Source: Raphidiopsis brookii D9 (GTDB taxonomy: Bacteria > Cyanobacteriota > Cyanobacteriia > Cyanobacteriales > Nostocaceae). Taken from it: DNA of 32,000 nucleotides. The notes beneath the pieces were generated by a model that was not told the origin of the DNA, made no database searches, and saw only the letters and a list, made by a program, of their open reading frames with translations. Shown piece after piece: positions 10,874 through 20,406 of the stretch. The DNA lies in contig ACYB01000022.1 of assembly GCA_000175855.1 (NCBI GenBank), forward strand, positions 1 through 32,000. Direction: 5' to 3'. A program made the translations under genes and the position numbers. The stretch's first letter is position 1; the number at the start of each line of letters is the position of its first letter.

Positions 10874-12091
10874 CTAAGCACTTCTTAAAGCCACGATAGG
10901 ATCTAGTTGAGCAGCACGACGAGCGGGGAAAACGCCGAAAAATAGACCGATTGCGCCAGAAATACCTACGGTCATAAAAATGGAACTAAGGGAAGTGCTA
11001 GCATCTATTATCCCCAAAGAAGATATTAAACCTAATCCACCAATTCCTATACCTGTACCAGCTAATCCACCAATTACAGAAACAATGATAGCTTCAATAA
11101 TGAACTGAAGTAAAATATCCTGCTGGGTAGCACCTATAGCCTTTCTCAAACCAATTTCTTGGGTTCTTTCAGTTACCGAAACTAACATGATGTTCATGAT
11201 TCCAATACCACCAACAAACAGAGAAATGCCAGCAATTCCAACTAACATCAAACTCAAAGCATTGGAAATCTGACCTACTATTTGTAAAGCATCCTTTTGG
11301 GTACGAATAGTGAAGTCATTTTCCCCTACCAGTTTATGGCGTCGTCTGAGCAAATTAGTAATTTGGAATTTTGCCGCATCTACGCTATCAGCATCTTGAG
11401 CAGAAGCAGTTATATAGGTCACCTCTAATCCGTAGGGAGATGTTTTCCCAACTATGCGATTTGCTGAGGTCATGATGGGAACCAGCGCAGATGAATCATA
11501 GTCAACACCTAAATTAGATCCCTTTTCTGTCAACACACCAATTATTTGAAAACTGGAGTTTTTTATTTTAATCTGTTGACTAATGGGATTTTGGTTGCCA
11601 AACATCTTTTGTTTTAACTTACTACCAATAACTACCACCTGGTTACTCCGTTTCATATCCAAATCATTGAAAAATCTACCTGTAGCTACTTCAAAGTTGC
11701 GCACTTTCAAGAAATTGGGTGTCGTACCAATGATGTTGATATTAGTATTTCTGTTTTTATAGGTCACTACTTGCCTACTGTTTAATTCTGCTGCAGTTGC
11801 CTTAATAGTAGGAACTTGAGTTTCAATAGCTTCAGCATCTGCATATACTAAAGTCTTGATTGCGTCCCGAGAAACCCTTTGAGTTTCTTCGTTCCCCGGA
11901 ATTACAAACAACACATTCGGACCTAGGGAATTTAACTGTTCAGCTACATATCTTTGTCCCCCTTCTCCCAGACCAACCATCACAATAACTGAGCTATTGC
12001 CAATAATAATCCCTAGCATTGTTAAGGCTGTTCTGAGTTTATTTGCCAGCAGGGTTTTACCAGCCATTTGTAAGGTTTCTACAAAGTTCAT
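10874..12091 (-). CDS. ABC transporter permease, DevC/MacB-type (FtsX-like)
   Basis: The 405-aa product has an N-terminal TM helix, a large periplasmic domain and a C-terminal FtsX-type TM bundle (LRKAIGATQQDILLQFIIEA...). It lies between the membrane-fusion and ATPase genes. Confidence 0.9.
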   Translation of the reverse strand: MNFVETLQMAGKTLLANKLRTALTMLGIIIGNSSVIVMVGLGEGGQRYVAEQLNSLGPNVLFVIPGNEETQRVSRDAIKTLVYADAEAIETQVPTIKATAAELNSRQVVTYKNRNTNINIIGTTPNFLKVRNFEVATGRFFNDLDMKRSNQVVVIGSKLKQKMFGNQNPISQQIKIKNSSFQIIGVLTEKGSNLGVDYDSSALVPIMTSANRIVGKTSPYGLEVTYITASAQDADSVDAAKFQITNLLRRRHKLVGENDFTIRTQKDALQIVGQISNALSLMLVGIAGISLFVGGIGIMNIMLVSVTERTQEIGLRKAIGATQQDILLQFIIEAIIVSVIGGLAGTGIGIGGLGLISSLGIIDASTSLSSIFMTVGISGAIGLFFGVFPARRAAQLDPIVALRSA

Positions 12092-12108
12092 AGGTTTTAA
12101 TATTTCAT

Positions 12109-13575
12109 TTAGTTTGGTTTTTTGCTTTTGTAGTCTTTGGGGGGATTAATAAATATCAAATCTCCCGTTTGTATTCCCGTTAAAACCTGAGTTTCGTTTT
12201 TGATTTGCGCTCCAATGGTAATTTCCCTAAACTCTGGTTTATTATCACTATCCGGTACTAACACCCCAGTTTTACCATCTTCTGTGAGAATGGCAACTGT
12301 GGGAATGCTTATAGCATCCTCCAAGCGATCGCCTAAAAAGGTCACGTCCACATTTAAACCTGAGCGTAACTTATCTCCACCATTGACGATGAAAATTCTC
12401 ACCTGGAAGGAGGTAACACCTTGCTCTATTACTGCTTCAGGTGCTACTAAACGAACACGTCCCGTAAATACCTGTTCTGGATAAGCATCACTGATGATTT
12501 CTACTTGCTGTCCCTGTTTTATTCTAGCAATGTCTGCTTCAGGGACTAGAGCTAACACTTCTAAACCTCTTGCTAAGGCTACAATTGAGCTGGAGGTGGC
12601 TGAGGTACTACTAGAAGCGGAAGTTGTAGGAGTAACAAAAGCACCAATATTGGCATATTTCTGAGTAATAATTCCTGCAAAGGGAGCGCGAATAATGGTA
12701 TCTTCCAATTGAACCTGTTGTCGTTTTAACTGTGATCTTGCTGCTTCCACTACTGCTTGGAGTCTGACTATTTCCTGGGGACGACTGCCATTTTGCAATT
12801 TGCGCAGTCCTTCTATTTCTTGGGTCACCACTGCTTGCTGTTTTCTAATCTCCTGCTGACGATTACCAGCTTCCTGCAAGGACAATCGTTTCTCCGCTTC
12901 TTGTAAGTTGAATTTTGCCCTTTTATTTTCTGTGCTGTACTGGTCTAGGGTGTCTTGGGAAATTGCCCCCTCCTTGGCCAGGTTTTGATATCGCTTGAGT
13001 CTTGCTTGGGTTAGTTCCAACTGAGATCTGGCACCTTCTACACTCGCTTTTGCCTGTTCAATCTCTTGGGAACGACTACCTGAACTAATGATTTCTAATT
13101 GGGCTTTTGCCTGGTTCACCCTGGCCTTGGCTTGGGCTATATCTTCAACCCGACTACCTGCTTGAGCGTCTGCTAATTGGGCTTTTGCTTGTTCTAAATT
13201 GGCCTGAAACTGCAAAATTCCCATTCTGATCTCTGAATCATCCATGCGGGCTATTATTTGTCCCTGCTCGACCTTTTGTCCCTGCTCCACCTTTAACTCT
13301 GCTAATAAACCAGCATTTTTAGGACTCACATTGACACTTTGTATTGGTTGTACCTTACCACTAGCTGTAATTCTCACGGTGAGATCTTTGGCCTCTACCG
13401 GAACAGTTAGTTTGCTAATATCTGGTTTACGATTTTCAGAATTGCCAACTTTTATGATGGTTGTTGCTCCCAATATCAACGCCCCAGATGCGATGATCCC
13501 TATTATCCACCGCCAGGAATACTGGCCTTTTTTACCTATTAGGGGAACCTCAACGTGTTTACTTATGCTAACCAT
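12109..13575 (-). CDS. Membrane fusion (HlyD/DevB-family) periplasmic adaptor
   Basis: It has an N-terminal TM anchor and a lipoyl-like motif KVEQGQKVEQGQIIARMDD. A long coiled coil carries four G-x-R-x-x-E-I repeats (AGSRVEDI, SGSRSQEI, AGNRQQEI, NGSRPQEI), followed by a beta-barrel C-terminus. Confidence 0.9.
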   Translation of the reverse strand: MVSISKHVEVPLIGKKGQYSWRWIIGIIASGALILGATTIIKVGNSENRKPDISKLTVPVEAKDLTVRITASGKVQPIQSVNVSPKNAGLLAELKVEQGQKVEQGQIIARMDDSEIRMGILQFQANLEQAKAQLADAQAGSRVEDIAQAKARVNQAKAQLEIISSGSRSQEIEQAKASVEGARSQLELTQARLKRYQNLAKEGAISQDTLDQYSTENKRAKFNLQEAEKRLSLQEAGNRQQEIRKQQAVVTQEIEGLRKLQNGSRPQEIVRLQAVVEAARSQLKRQQVQLEDTIIRAPFAGIITQKYANIGAFVTPTTSASSSTSATSSSIVALARGLEVLALVPEADIARIKQGQQVEIISDAYPEQVFTGRVRLVAPEAVIEQGVTSFQVRIFIVNGGDKLRSGLNVDVTFLGDRLEDAISIPTVAILTEDGKTGVLVPDSDNKPEFREITIGAQIKNETQVLTGIQTGDLIFINPPKDYKSKKPN

Positions 13576-13896
13576 TTGTCTTTACCTCTTTGTATTTTTT
13601 TTGATTTTACTTAAATTGATACCTGCTTTAATAGCTTTTTTTGTTTTTAGTCATTGTTATTTATCTGTTTTGCCTAAACTAGTATGAGTATTAAATCCTC
13701 CTCTGGAACAGATTTTTGATAAATGGCTGCGTACCTATAATTATAGTTCATAATTCGTAATATTTCTTTAAGGAATTGAAAATTTCCCACCCTGTAATTT
13801 TTTTACGCTAGGAGTAGAATTTTTGATGTTGTTTTAGGTAAAAATCGTCTAAGCTATGGTAAAGAAGATTTAATTTATGATTTAAGAGGCGGTAGT

Positions 13897-14775
13897 GTGC
13901 CGAAATACCTTGGTTTAATCTCTGTTTTGGTAGTTTGTGGTTTATGGAGTCTGCCCGATCCTGTTCAAGCGCAGGCACTTCTCCCGTATATTATACAACT
14001 TAATAGGGCAAATTTAGAAAAGCAAGGGTTAATACTAGCTCAGGAAGCAGCCCAACTGGCTCGATTTCAGCAGTTTGAGCTGGCTATACCCAGAGCTAAA
14101 ATGGCCGTGCAATTGGCACCAACAAATGATAAAGTATGGTTTTTGTTAAGTCAGTTACATGTACAAAGAAAGGATCTCCCAGAAGCGATCGCCTCTTTAA
14201 CACAAGCCCAAAAACTCAACCCCAATAATCCCGATATTTTATTTGCCCTAGGATCAGCTAATTTCCAACAGAAAAATTATCAACTTTCAGTAAAATACTA
14301 CCAATCAGGGTTAAAATTAAGACCAAATGATCCGGAAGGATTGTTTAATTTAGGTAATACCTATTACATGTTGGGTAGATTACCAGAAGCGATCGCCCAA
14401 CTCAACCAAGCTGCCAATAAAGACAAGAAATTTTGGCCAGCAGTTAATAACATTGGTCTAATTAAATACGAACAGGGAGACGTGAAGGGTGCCATTAAGG
14501 AATGGGAAAAAGCAATTGCCATAGACCAGAGAGCAGCGGAAGCTCTCTTAGCATTAGGAGTCGCTCTTTATACCCAGGGTCAAAAACAACAGGGCTTAAC
14601 CAAGGGAGAACAGGCCCTAAAAATAGATCAAAGGTATGCAGATCTTGACTTTCTCAAAGAAAATCTCTGGGGAACAAAGTTACTATTAGATGCTAAAAAG
14701 TTTTTAGAACTACCTCAGATTAGATCAGCTCTAGAACTGAAAGAAGAGACACTTAGACCAACAGATAACCAGTAA
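13897..14775 (+). CDS. Secreted TPR repeat protein
   Basis: It starts at GTG 13897 with a signal-like N-terminus (PKYLGLISVLVVCGLWSLPDPVQA). Multiple TPR units follow (e.g. LFALGSANFQQKNYQLSVKYYQSGLKLRPNDPEG). Confidence 0.8.
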   Translation: MPKYLGLISVLVVCGLWSLPDPVQAQALLPYIIQLNRANLEKQGLILAQEAAQLARFQQFELAIPRAKMAVQLAPTNDKVWFLLSQLHVQRKDLPEAIASLTQAQKLNPNNPDILFALGSANFQQKNYQLSVKYYQSGLKLRPNDPEGLFNLGNTYYMLGRLPEAIAQLNQAANKDKKFWPAVNNIGLIKYEQGDVKGAIKEWEKAIAIDQRAAEALLALGVALYTQGQKQQGLTKGEQALKIDQRYADLDFLKENLWGTKLLLDAKKFLELPQIRSALELKEETLRPTDNQ

Positions 14776-14782
14776 CAATGGG

Positions 14783-15205
14783 TCAGGACGATTCCCGGTT
14801 ACCGTTCAGGAGACTCATAACTTGAGCAATAAATTGCTGATGATCAACAACTGGCTTACAAATGTAGTCATCAGCACCACTTTGTTTCAGGAAATTCTTG
14901 CGATCGCCCTCCATAGCGTGAGCGGTGACAAGAATTATAGGTAGTTTTGCTGTTTGGGGGTGAGATTTTAACAGTTGTGTAATTTTGATCCCATCTACAT
15001 ACTCGCCTTGATAAAAACTATGTGACAGAGAAACATCCATTAAAATCAAATCAGCTCCCCCTGATTGGGCGATAGTGATAACTTCTGCCACATTTTCCGT
15101 GTGTTTTACTGCTAAACCAGCACGTTTGGTTAAAATCTTGGCAAAGACACGAGCATTAATCAGGTCATCTTCCACAATCAAAACTGTCTTCATGAAAAAT
15201 TCCAT
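14783..15205 (-). CDS. Single-domain response regulator (CheY-like receiver)
   Basis: Motifs seen are MKTVLIVEDD, the phospho-acceptor context DLILMDVSL, VTAHA and a conserved K (ICKP). The alternative start ATG 15193 (MKTV...) is equally plausible. Confidence 0.88.
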   Translation of the reverse strand: MEFFMKTVLIVEDDLINARVFAKILTKRAGLAVKHTENVAEVITIAQSGGADLILMDVSLSHSFYQGEYVDGIKITQLLKSHPQTAKLPIILVTAHAMEGDRKNFLKQSGADDYICKPVVDHQQFIAQVMSLLNGNRESS

Positions 15206-15432
15206 CCAATTAGGTAGGTTTAGATAAATTCATAGGGATTTTGAATTTCCAACAGCAGAAGCTATGGATTTTAGCAGTCAATAATCTAAGGAGTGGAATC
15301 AATATCAGGGACAATATGAGAGTGTAAAAATTAGTTAGGAGATCCCATCTCCCATATATTTCAGTGGTACAGCAGTTGTTAAAGTGTTCAATTACAAAGA
15401 GTTTTATATAGGTAGAATTCAGGGAAGAACTC

Positions 15433-17949
15433 ATGGCAGAACAGTTAAACCTTCTCAACACGGGACAGGTAGTTCCTACAGCCTTACACACAGAAATGCA
15501 ACAGTCTTATTTAGAATATGCCATGAGTGTGATTGTAGGGCGAGCATTACCAGACGTACGGGACGGACTAAAGCCAGTACATAGACGAATCTTATATGCC
15601 ATGCACGAATTGGGTTTAACACCAGATAGACCCTATCGAAAATGTGCCCGCGTAGTTGGTGATGTGTTGGGTAAATACCATCCCCATGGCGACCAAGCTG
15701 TATATGACGCTCTAGTGAGATTAGTACAGGATTTTTCCAGTCGTTATCCTTTATTGGGGGGACATGGTAATTTTGGCAGTGTGGATAATGACCCACCAGC
15801 AGCAATGCGGTATACGGAAACCCGCTTGGCACCAATTGGTCATGAAGCAATGCTCAGGGAGATTGGCGAGGAAACAGTAGAATTCGTCGGTAACTTTGAT
15901 AATTCCCAACAAGAACCCACGGTTCTACCAGCTCAGTTGCCATTTTTGTTAATCAATGGTTGTGCTGGGATTGCTGTGGGAATGGCAACTAATATTCCCC
16001 CCCATAATTTAGGAGAAATAGTCGACGGTTTAATCGCTTTAATTGACCATCCTGACCTAACGGAGGAAAAACTACTGGAATTAATTCCAGGTCCGGATTT
16101 TCCTACCGGTGGACAAATTGTTGGTAGTGGGGGAATCAAGGAAGCATACAATACGGGTAAGGGTGGCATTATCTTACGTGGTGTCGTTTCCCTAGAAGAT
16201 ATTCTCTCCACCCGAGGTGGAAGGCGTCGCACAGCAATTATCGTCACCGAATTACCCTATCAGGTCAATAAAGCAGGTTGGATTGAAAAGGTAGCTGATC
16301 TAGTTAATCAAGGTCGCTTACATGGAATTTCGGATTTGCGTGATGAGAGCGATCGCCAGGGAATGCGGGTAGTAATTGAACTCAAACGGGATGCTAACCC
16401 GGAGGAGGTAATTGGGCAGCTGTATCAGCAAACAGCATTACAAACTACCTTTGGAGCCATTCTGCTGGCTTTAGTAGAAGGACAACCCCGTCAGTTAAGC
16501 CTGCGACAAATGTTACAGGAGTTCCTCCGTTTTCGGGAAGACACTCTTAACCGTCGTTACAGTTATGAGTTGGGCAAAGCTGAAAACCGAGCCAGTATAG
16601 TCGCTGGTTTATTGAAAGCTCTTTCCGCTGTAGATGAGGTAATTACAATCCTACGACAGTCCCCTGATGGTAGTACAGCCAAAATGGTCCTTTGTCAGCA
16701 ATTGGAGCTAACGGAAACTCAAGCTGATGCCATTTTGGCTATGCCATTACGTCGTTTAACTAGTTTAGAACAGCAAAATTTACAGGAAGAATTTCATCAG
16801 CTCAGTGACCAGATTACCTCCTTGCGCAGACTCTTAGAAGACCGACGTGAGTTGCTCAAATCCTTAAAAAAGGATTTACGAACTCTCAAACGTAAATATG
16901 GAGATACCAGAAGAACTAAATTAATACCTGGTCAGATAGCTGTTAAACCAGATAAGGTCAATAATCAGCCATCCTCTCCAGGAGAAAAGGAAAAATCCAA
17001 AATTTCCCCAGAGGAGCAACCACCAGAACCCGCCATTTTGGAATTTACCCAGCGTGGCTACGTACGTCGTCTTGCTCCTGGTAGCAAAAAAGCTAAGGCT
17101 GAAACTATCACGGGAGACAATGATTTTCTCATTCAAACTGAAATAACTAATACCCATCAAGATCTATTGATTCTCAATACCAGTGGCAAAGTTTACCCTG
17201 TGAAGGTGGGAGATATTTCCCCTATTAGTGCCCGTTCTCCCAGGGGAATGCCATTAATTACTTTGCTCACTAACACAGCTCAAGGCAATGTGGAGGGGAT
17301 TTTAGGTCGTTTTATCCTTCCGGAAACCAAAGATACTCATGACATGGTTATAGTAACCAAACAAGGAAGAATTAAACGGCTTTCCTTAGAAGAATTAACT
17401 AATGTTAGCAAGCGGGGAATAACCATATTAAAACTAAAAGATGATGACCAATTGTGTTTTGCCCAGTTAACCAATCCCAATCACAATCTGATTTTAGGCA
17501 GTTCGGGAGGTCGTTGTTTACGTTTTGCCATTAATGATGACCAACTACCAGTTATGGGACGTGCTGCTATGGGTTTACAATCTTTCCGTATTCTTAAAAG
17601 TCAGCAAATTATAAGTTGTGTCACGATTGAACAAGAAGAAAATTTACTGTTAGTGACCCAGGAGGGATATGCTAAGAGAATATCTAGTGGTAGTTTAAGA
17701 GCGGGTAATCGAGGTGATTTGGGTATACAGATGTTGAAGTTCCATAACAAAACCGATAACCTGGTGGCCATAACTAGGACTAATACCAGTCAGAAAGTAG
17801 TACTGGTTACCAATAAAGAGCGCATGGTTAAAACGTCTGTACAATCCATACCCATCCTAGATAGAGATGCTAGAGGAGAGAACATCTTCCCCATGACTCG
17901 GGATGAAGTAATTACATCAGTAGTTGTAGTCCTAGAAACGGAAAGTTAA
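15433..17949 (+). CDS. Type IIA topoisomerase subunit A (GyrA/ParC family; second, ParC-like paralogue suspected)
   Basis: Motifs seen are [29 protein letters not shown], the QRDR-equivalent [13 protein letters not shown], the catalytic Tyr context [10 protein letters not shown] and a beta-pinwheel C-terminal domain. I saw no QRRGGKG-type GyrA box in the first blade. Confidence 0.9.
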   Translation: MAEQLNLLNTGQVVPTALHTEMQQSYLEYAMSVIVGRALPDVRDGLKPVHRRILYAMHELGLTPDRPYRKCARVVGDVLGKYHPHGDQAVYDALVRLVQDFSSRYPLLGGHGNFGSVDNDPPAAMRYTETRLAPIGHEAMLREIGEETVEFVGNFDNSQQEPTVLPAQLPFLLINGCAGIAVGMATNIPPHNLGEIVDGLIALIDHPDLTEEKLLELIPGPDFPTGGQIVGSGGIKEAYNTGKGGIILRGVVSLEDILSTRGGRRRTAIIVTELPYQVNKAGWIEKVADLVNQGRLHGISDLRDESDRQGMRVVIELKRDANPEEVIGQLYQQTALQTTFGAILLALVEGQPRQLSLRQMLQEFLRFREDTLNRRYSYELGKAENRASIVAGLLKALSAVDEVITILRQSPDGSTAKMVLCQQLELTETQADAILAMPLRRLTSLEQQNLQEEFHQLSDQITSLRRLLEDRRELLKSLKKDLRTLKRKYGDTRRTKLIPGQIAVKPDKVNNQPSSPGEKEKSKISPEEQPPEPAILEFTQRGYVRRLAPGSKKAKAETITGDNDFLIQTEITNTHQDLLILNTSGKVYPVKVGDISPISARSPRGMPLITLLTNTAQGNVEGILGRFILPETKDTHDMVIVTKQGRIKRLSLEELTNVSKRGITILKLKDDDQLCFAQLTNPNHNLILGSSGGRCLRFAINDDQLPVMGRAAMGLQSFRILKSQQIISCVTIEQEENLLLVTQEGYAKRISSGSLRAGNRGDLGIQMLKFHNKTDNLVAITRTNTSQKVVLVTNKERMVKTSVQSIPILDRDARGENIFPMTRDEVITSVVVVLETES

Positions 17950-17998
17950 CATTTCCAGAGAAATAGCAAAAAGAAATGTTGCATTTTTGAAAATATTT

Positions 17999-18016
17999 GT
18001 TATATTAGTTTACATA
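17999..18016 (+). promoter_or_regulatory. HLR1-like element (putative RpaB box) upstream of the HLIP gene
   Basis: GTTATATT-AG-TTTACATA matches the direct-repeat consensus (G/T)TTACA(T/A)(T/A)-N2-(G/T)TTACA(T/A)(T/A) at 15 of 16 positions. It lies 41 nt upstream of the hli ATG. Confidence 0.55.
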
Positions 18017-18056
18017 AGACAATAAAACTTAGTAAACCCAAACTGGAGTGCGAACC

Positions 18057-18236
18057 ATGAGTAATGCAGCAAAAACCATTAGCTCCGTACCAGAAGACCG
18101 CAATGCATGGCGTTGGGGGTTCACTCCCCAAGCTGAAATTTGGAATGGTCGCTTGGCCATGATTGGTTTTGTAGCAGCAACTTTAATTGAGTTGTTTTCA
18201 GGTCAAGGTTTTCTACATTTTTGGGGTATTTTATAG
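18057..18236 (+). CDS. High-light-inducible protein (HLIP / CAB-ELIP-HLIP family, single helix)
   Basis: It carries the chlorophyll-binding helix motif [24 protein letters not shown] lies 8 nt upstream of ATG 18057. The track's GTG 18048 start is less likely. Confidence 0.9.
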   Translation: MSNAAKTISSVPEDRNAWRWGFTPQAEIWNGRLAMIGFVAATLIELFSGQGFLHFWGIL

Positions 18237-18264
18237 ATTTTGAGGTCTAGGGTTTTTCCTAAAG

Positions 18265-18295
18265 AACCTGGTAGTTACTAGCTACCAGGTTTTTG
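18265..18295 (+). terminator. Rho-independent terminator after the HLIP gene
   Basis: There is a perfect 10-bp stem AACCTGGTAG / CTACCAGGTT with a 7-nt loop, followed by TTTT. Confidence 0.75.
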
Positions 18296-18359
18296 GACAT
18301 GTATTTATGGTAAAAGCTAGGTTCATTACGACAAAACTTGTTATCTTTGCTCTAATCTC

Positions 18360-19118
18360 TTACATTAATACTCCTTGAAAAACTACTGCTAAGATCATTG
18401 CCACAATTGCCCCTATTAATGTATTGAAAATATTCACTACTTCATTAGTTAGCCACATGTATTTAGACTGCAATGTTGCACCAATTACACTTTCTAAATT
18501 AGTGGCAATAAATGAGGCGATCGCACACCAAAAAATTCCTGGCATATCTATTAAATTTACACTCCATCCCACAATGGCCACTGAAATTGAACCCACCATA
18601 CCAGCTAGGGTTCCTTCTAAGCTAATTGCACCTTCTGTACCCCTAGGTACTGGTTGGAGGGTAGTGATTAAAAATGTGCGTCTTCCGTATGCTTTACCTA
18701 TTTCACTAGCAGTTGTATCGGATAATTTGGTGCTAAAACTGGCTACATAACCCAAACAGAGCAAATAACTCCAAGCGGGAAATAACAATACTCCCAGGGA
18801 ACATAAAGCTCCAATTAAAGCGGATCCCCAAACGTTTTCTGGACCTCGAGCACCAGAGCGTTTTTCCGCAATTCCCTGCACTTGTTTTTGTTTAATCCCA
18901 ATGCGAGTCACTCCTGAACCCACAATAAAATAAAATCCTACTACTAAATATCCTGGCCATCCTAATGTCCCCCAAATGATCACGCCCAATAACCAAGCAT
19001 GACGGATACCTGCGGGAGTCAATAGTTTATTGGGGATCCTATCAACCAGTGTCAGTAAAGCAGCGTTTAATGCTCCACCTACTAACCAAGGATTAATGGT
19101 GTTGAATAGTTCTAGCAT
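18360..19118 (-). CDS. DUF92 / TIGR00297-type integral membrane protein (VTE6-like putative phytyl-phosphate kinase family)
   Basis: This polytopic membrane protein carries VGFYFIVGSGVTRIGIKQKQVQGIAEKRSGARGPENVWGSA, which I recall as typical of DUF92. Its start ATG overlaps the upstream gene's stop. Confidence 0.75.
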   Translation of the reverse strand: MLELFNTINPWLVGGALNAALLTLVDRIPNKLLTPAGIRHAWLLGVIIWGTLGWPGYLVVGFYFIVGSGVTRIGIKQKQVQGIAEKRSGARGPENVWGSALIGALCSLGVLLFPAWSYLLCLGYVASFSTKLSDTTASEIGKAYGRRTFLITTLQPVPRGTEGAISLEGTLAGMVGSISVAIVGWSVNLIDMPGIFWCAIASFIATNLESVIGATLQSKYMWLTNEVVNIFNTLIGAIVAMILAVVFQGVLM

Positions 19119-20137
19119 GGTAGTAAATTCGCTAACTTATAAACAATTCTTGCGCCCACGTTACCATCCCACTCCCCGTCACCAACCTCACACACATCAA
19201 AACCAATAATTTTTCTACCAGTTTTGACAACTTTTCTGAACAAACTATAAGCTTGCTCCAATTCCAATCCACCAGGTACGGGGGTTCCAGTGTGAGGACA
19301 GAGTTTAGGATCCAAACCATCAACATCAAAGCTGATGTACACATGGTGGGGTAAATTAGCCACTATTTCTTCACATAGGTCATTCCAGGTTTTACCAGCA
19401 TATTGTTGCTGTTTAATGATTGGGTCATAATAAGCCACAATGCGATTATTTGAACCTTTAATAATTTCTATTTCGTCAACACAAATATCACGTAACCCAA
19501 CCTGGACTAATTTGGAGATCTGGGGTATTTCCAGTGCATTGAACATAATTGACCCATGGGAAAATTCAAATCCTTCATAAGCAGATCTTAAATCTGCATG
19601 TGCATCTATATGTAAAATACCAAAATCAGCATATTGACTCCCCAGAGCTTGTAAATAACCCAGGGGTGAACTGTGGTCACCACCAATAACCCCTACTTTT
19701 TTTCCCTGAGAGATTGCCTGTTGACACTGGTCAAATAACCACTTATTCAAGTCTCTTCCTGCTTGGTTTATTTCTGCTAGTATACCGGTTAAGTCTGGCT
19801 CTGCTTTTAGGTCTTTACCCTCTGCTTGTCTTTGAATAATTTTGGCAGCTTGTTGACGATAATAATGATTTTTATCTAGGACATCTTGGGAGATTTCCAC
19901 TAGAAAAATCCCTTGTTTCCAACCATCAGGGTTATCAAGGTCAAATAAATCTATTTGGTAGGAACCATCCAAAATCCTCTGTGGTCCATTCCCAGTTCCA
20001 GTCCGATATGAAACGGTCACTTCCCAGGGAACGGGGAAGATTATTAAGTTAGCGGAATCATAAGTGTGTGGTAACCCCAACAGATTACCATTAATTTGTG
20101 CTATACTACTGGGGTTGTAGTCCTGAAGATTGTTCAT
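19112..20137 (-). CDS. Ureohydrolase (agmatinase/arginase family) protein
   Basis: It has the metal-binding motifs of the arginase fold: GGDHSSPLG, LHIDAHADLR and SFDVDGLDP. Confidence 0.88.
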   Translation of the reverse strand: MNNLQDYNPSSIAQINGNLLGLPHTYDSANLIIFPVPWEVTVSYRTGTGNGPQRILDGSYQIDLFDLDNPDGWKQGIFLVEISQDVLDKNHYYRQQAAKIIQRQAEGKDLKAEPDLTGILAEINQAGRDLNKWLFDQCQQAISQGKKVGVIGGDHSSPLGYLQALGSQYADFGILHIDAHADLRSAYEGFEFSHGSIMFNALEIPQISKLVQVGLRDICVDEIEIIKGSNNRIVAYYDPIIKQQQYAGKTWNDLCEEIVANLPHHVYISFDVDGLDPKLCPHTGTPVPGGLELEQAYSLFRKVVKTGRKIIGFDVCEVGDGEWDGNVGARIVYKLANLLPC

Positions 20138-20231
20138 GGTTATGGTTTATAGTTCATAGTTTTACAGTTTATTTTGGGGGAATATACTTGGAAAATAATA
20201 TGATTATATTATACGACTACTACCATAAAGC

Positions 20232-20261
20232 AAAAAAAAGGTTTGGATCCTAGCCAAACCT
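20232..20261 (-). terminator. Rho-independent terminator (minus strand) about 145 nt downstream of the 20407..20844 gene
   Basis: On the minus strand, AGGTTTGG-CTAGGAT-CCAAACCT is followed by a run of T residues (plus-strand A8 at 20232-20239). Confidence 0.7.
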
Positions 20262-20406
20262 CCAAAATTGCTGTGCTTAACAACGTACTCAACTAATTTA
20301 TTCCCAGTTCAATCAAAAATCAACTTTCTGGAGTATCTTGCTAAATCTATGGGAGTACGCTATTCTCCAGAGCTTACCCAGCGTGCCACAGCCCGCCAAT
20401 ATGCTG

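Noticed and set aside
13258-13293. Near-perfect (17/18) tandem 18-nt repeat in the membrane-fusion gene
   Set aside because: It encodes KVEQGQ-KVEQGQ, which aligns with the normal V-x-x-G-x-x-V-x-x-G-Q lipoyl-like motif of HlyD-family proteins without adding length. It is probably just a symmetric motif.
12200-13687. Antisense ORFs inside devB (12200..12484, 13244..13687)
   Set aside because: Both are shadow ORFs fully embedded opposite a strongly supported gene, with low-complexity or implausible sequence and no independent signals. The same applies to these embedded ORFs elsewhere in the window: 26..292, 8170..8394, 8473..8658, 9609..9800, 15476..15850, 15933..16247, 16921..17160, 18424..18750, 19132..19344, 21145..21327, 22594..22779, 22997..23185, 23819..24055, 24860..25117, 25798..26073, 27018..27242, 27429..27716, 28346..28540 and 28844..29104.
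13735-13746. Perfect 12-bp palindrome CTATAATTATAG, giving TATAAT on both strands in the devB/TPR divergent spacer, as a bidirectional promoter or operator
   Set aside because: The spacer is very AT-rich, so TATAAT-like hexamers and short palindromes are expected by chance. I saw no convincing -35 or NtcA (GTA-N8-TAC) partner.
15210-15491. 93-aa ORF in the response-regulator/gyrA-like spacer
   Set aside because: It overlaps the gyrA-like start, is Cys/Leu-rich with no recognisable features, and occupies what should be the divergent promoter region.
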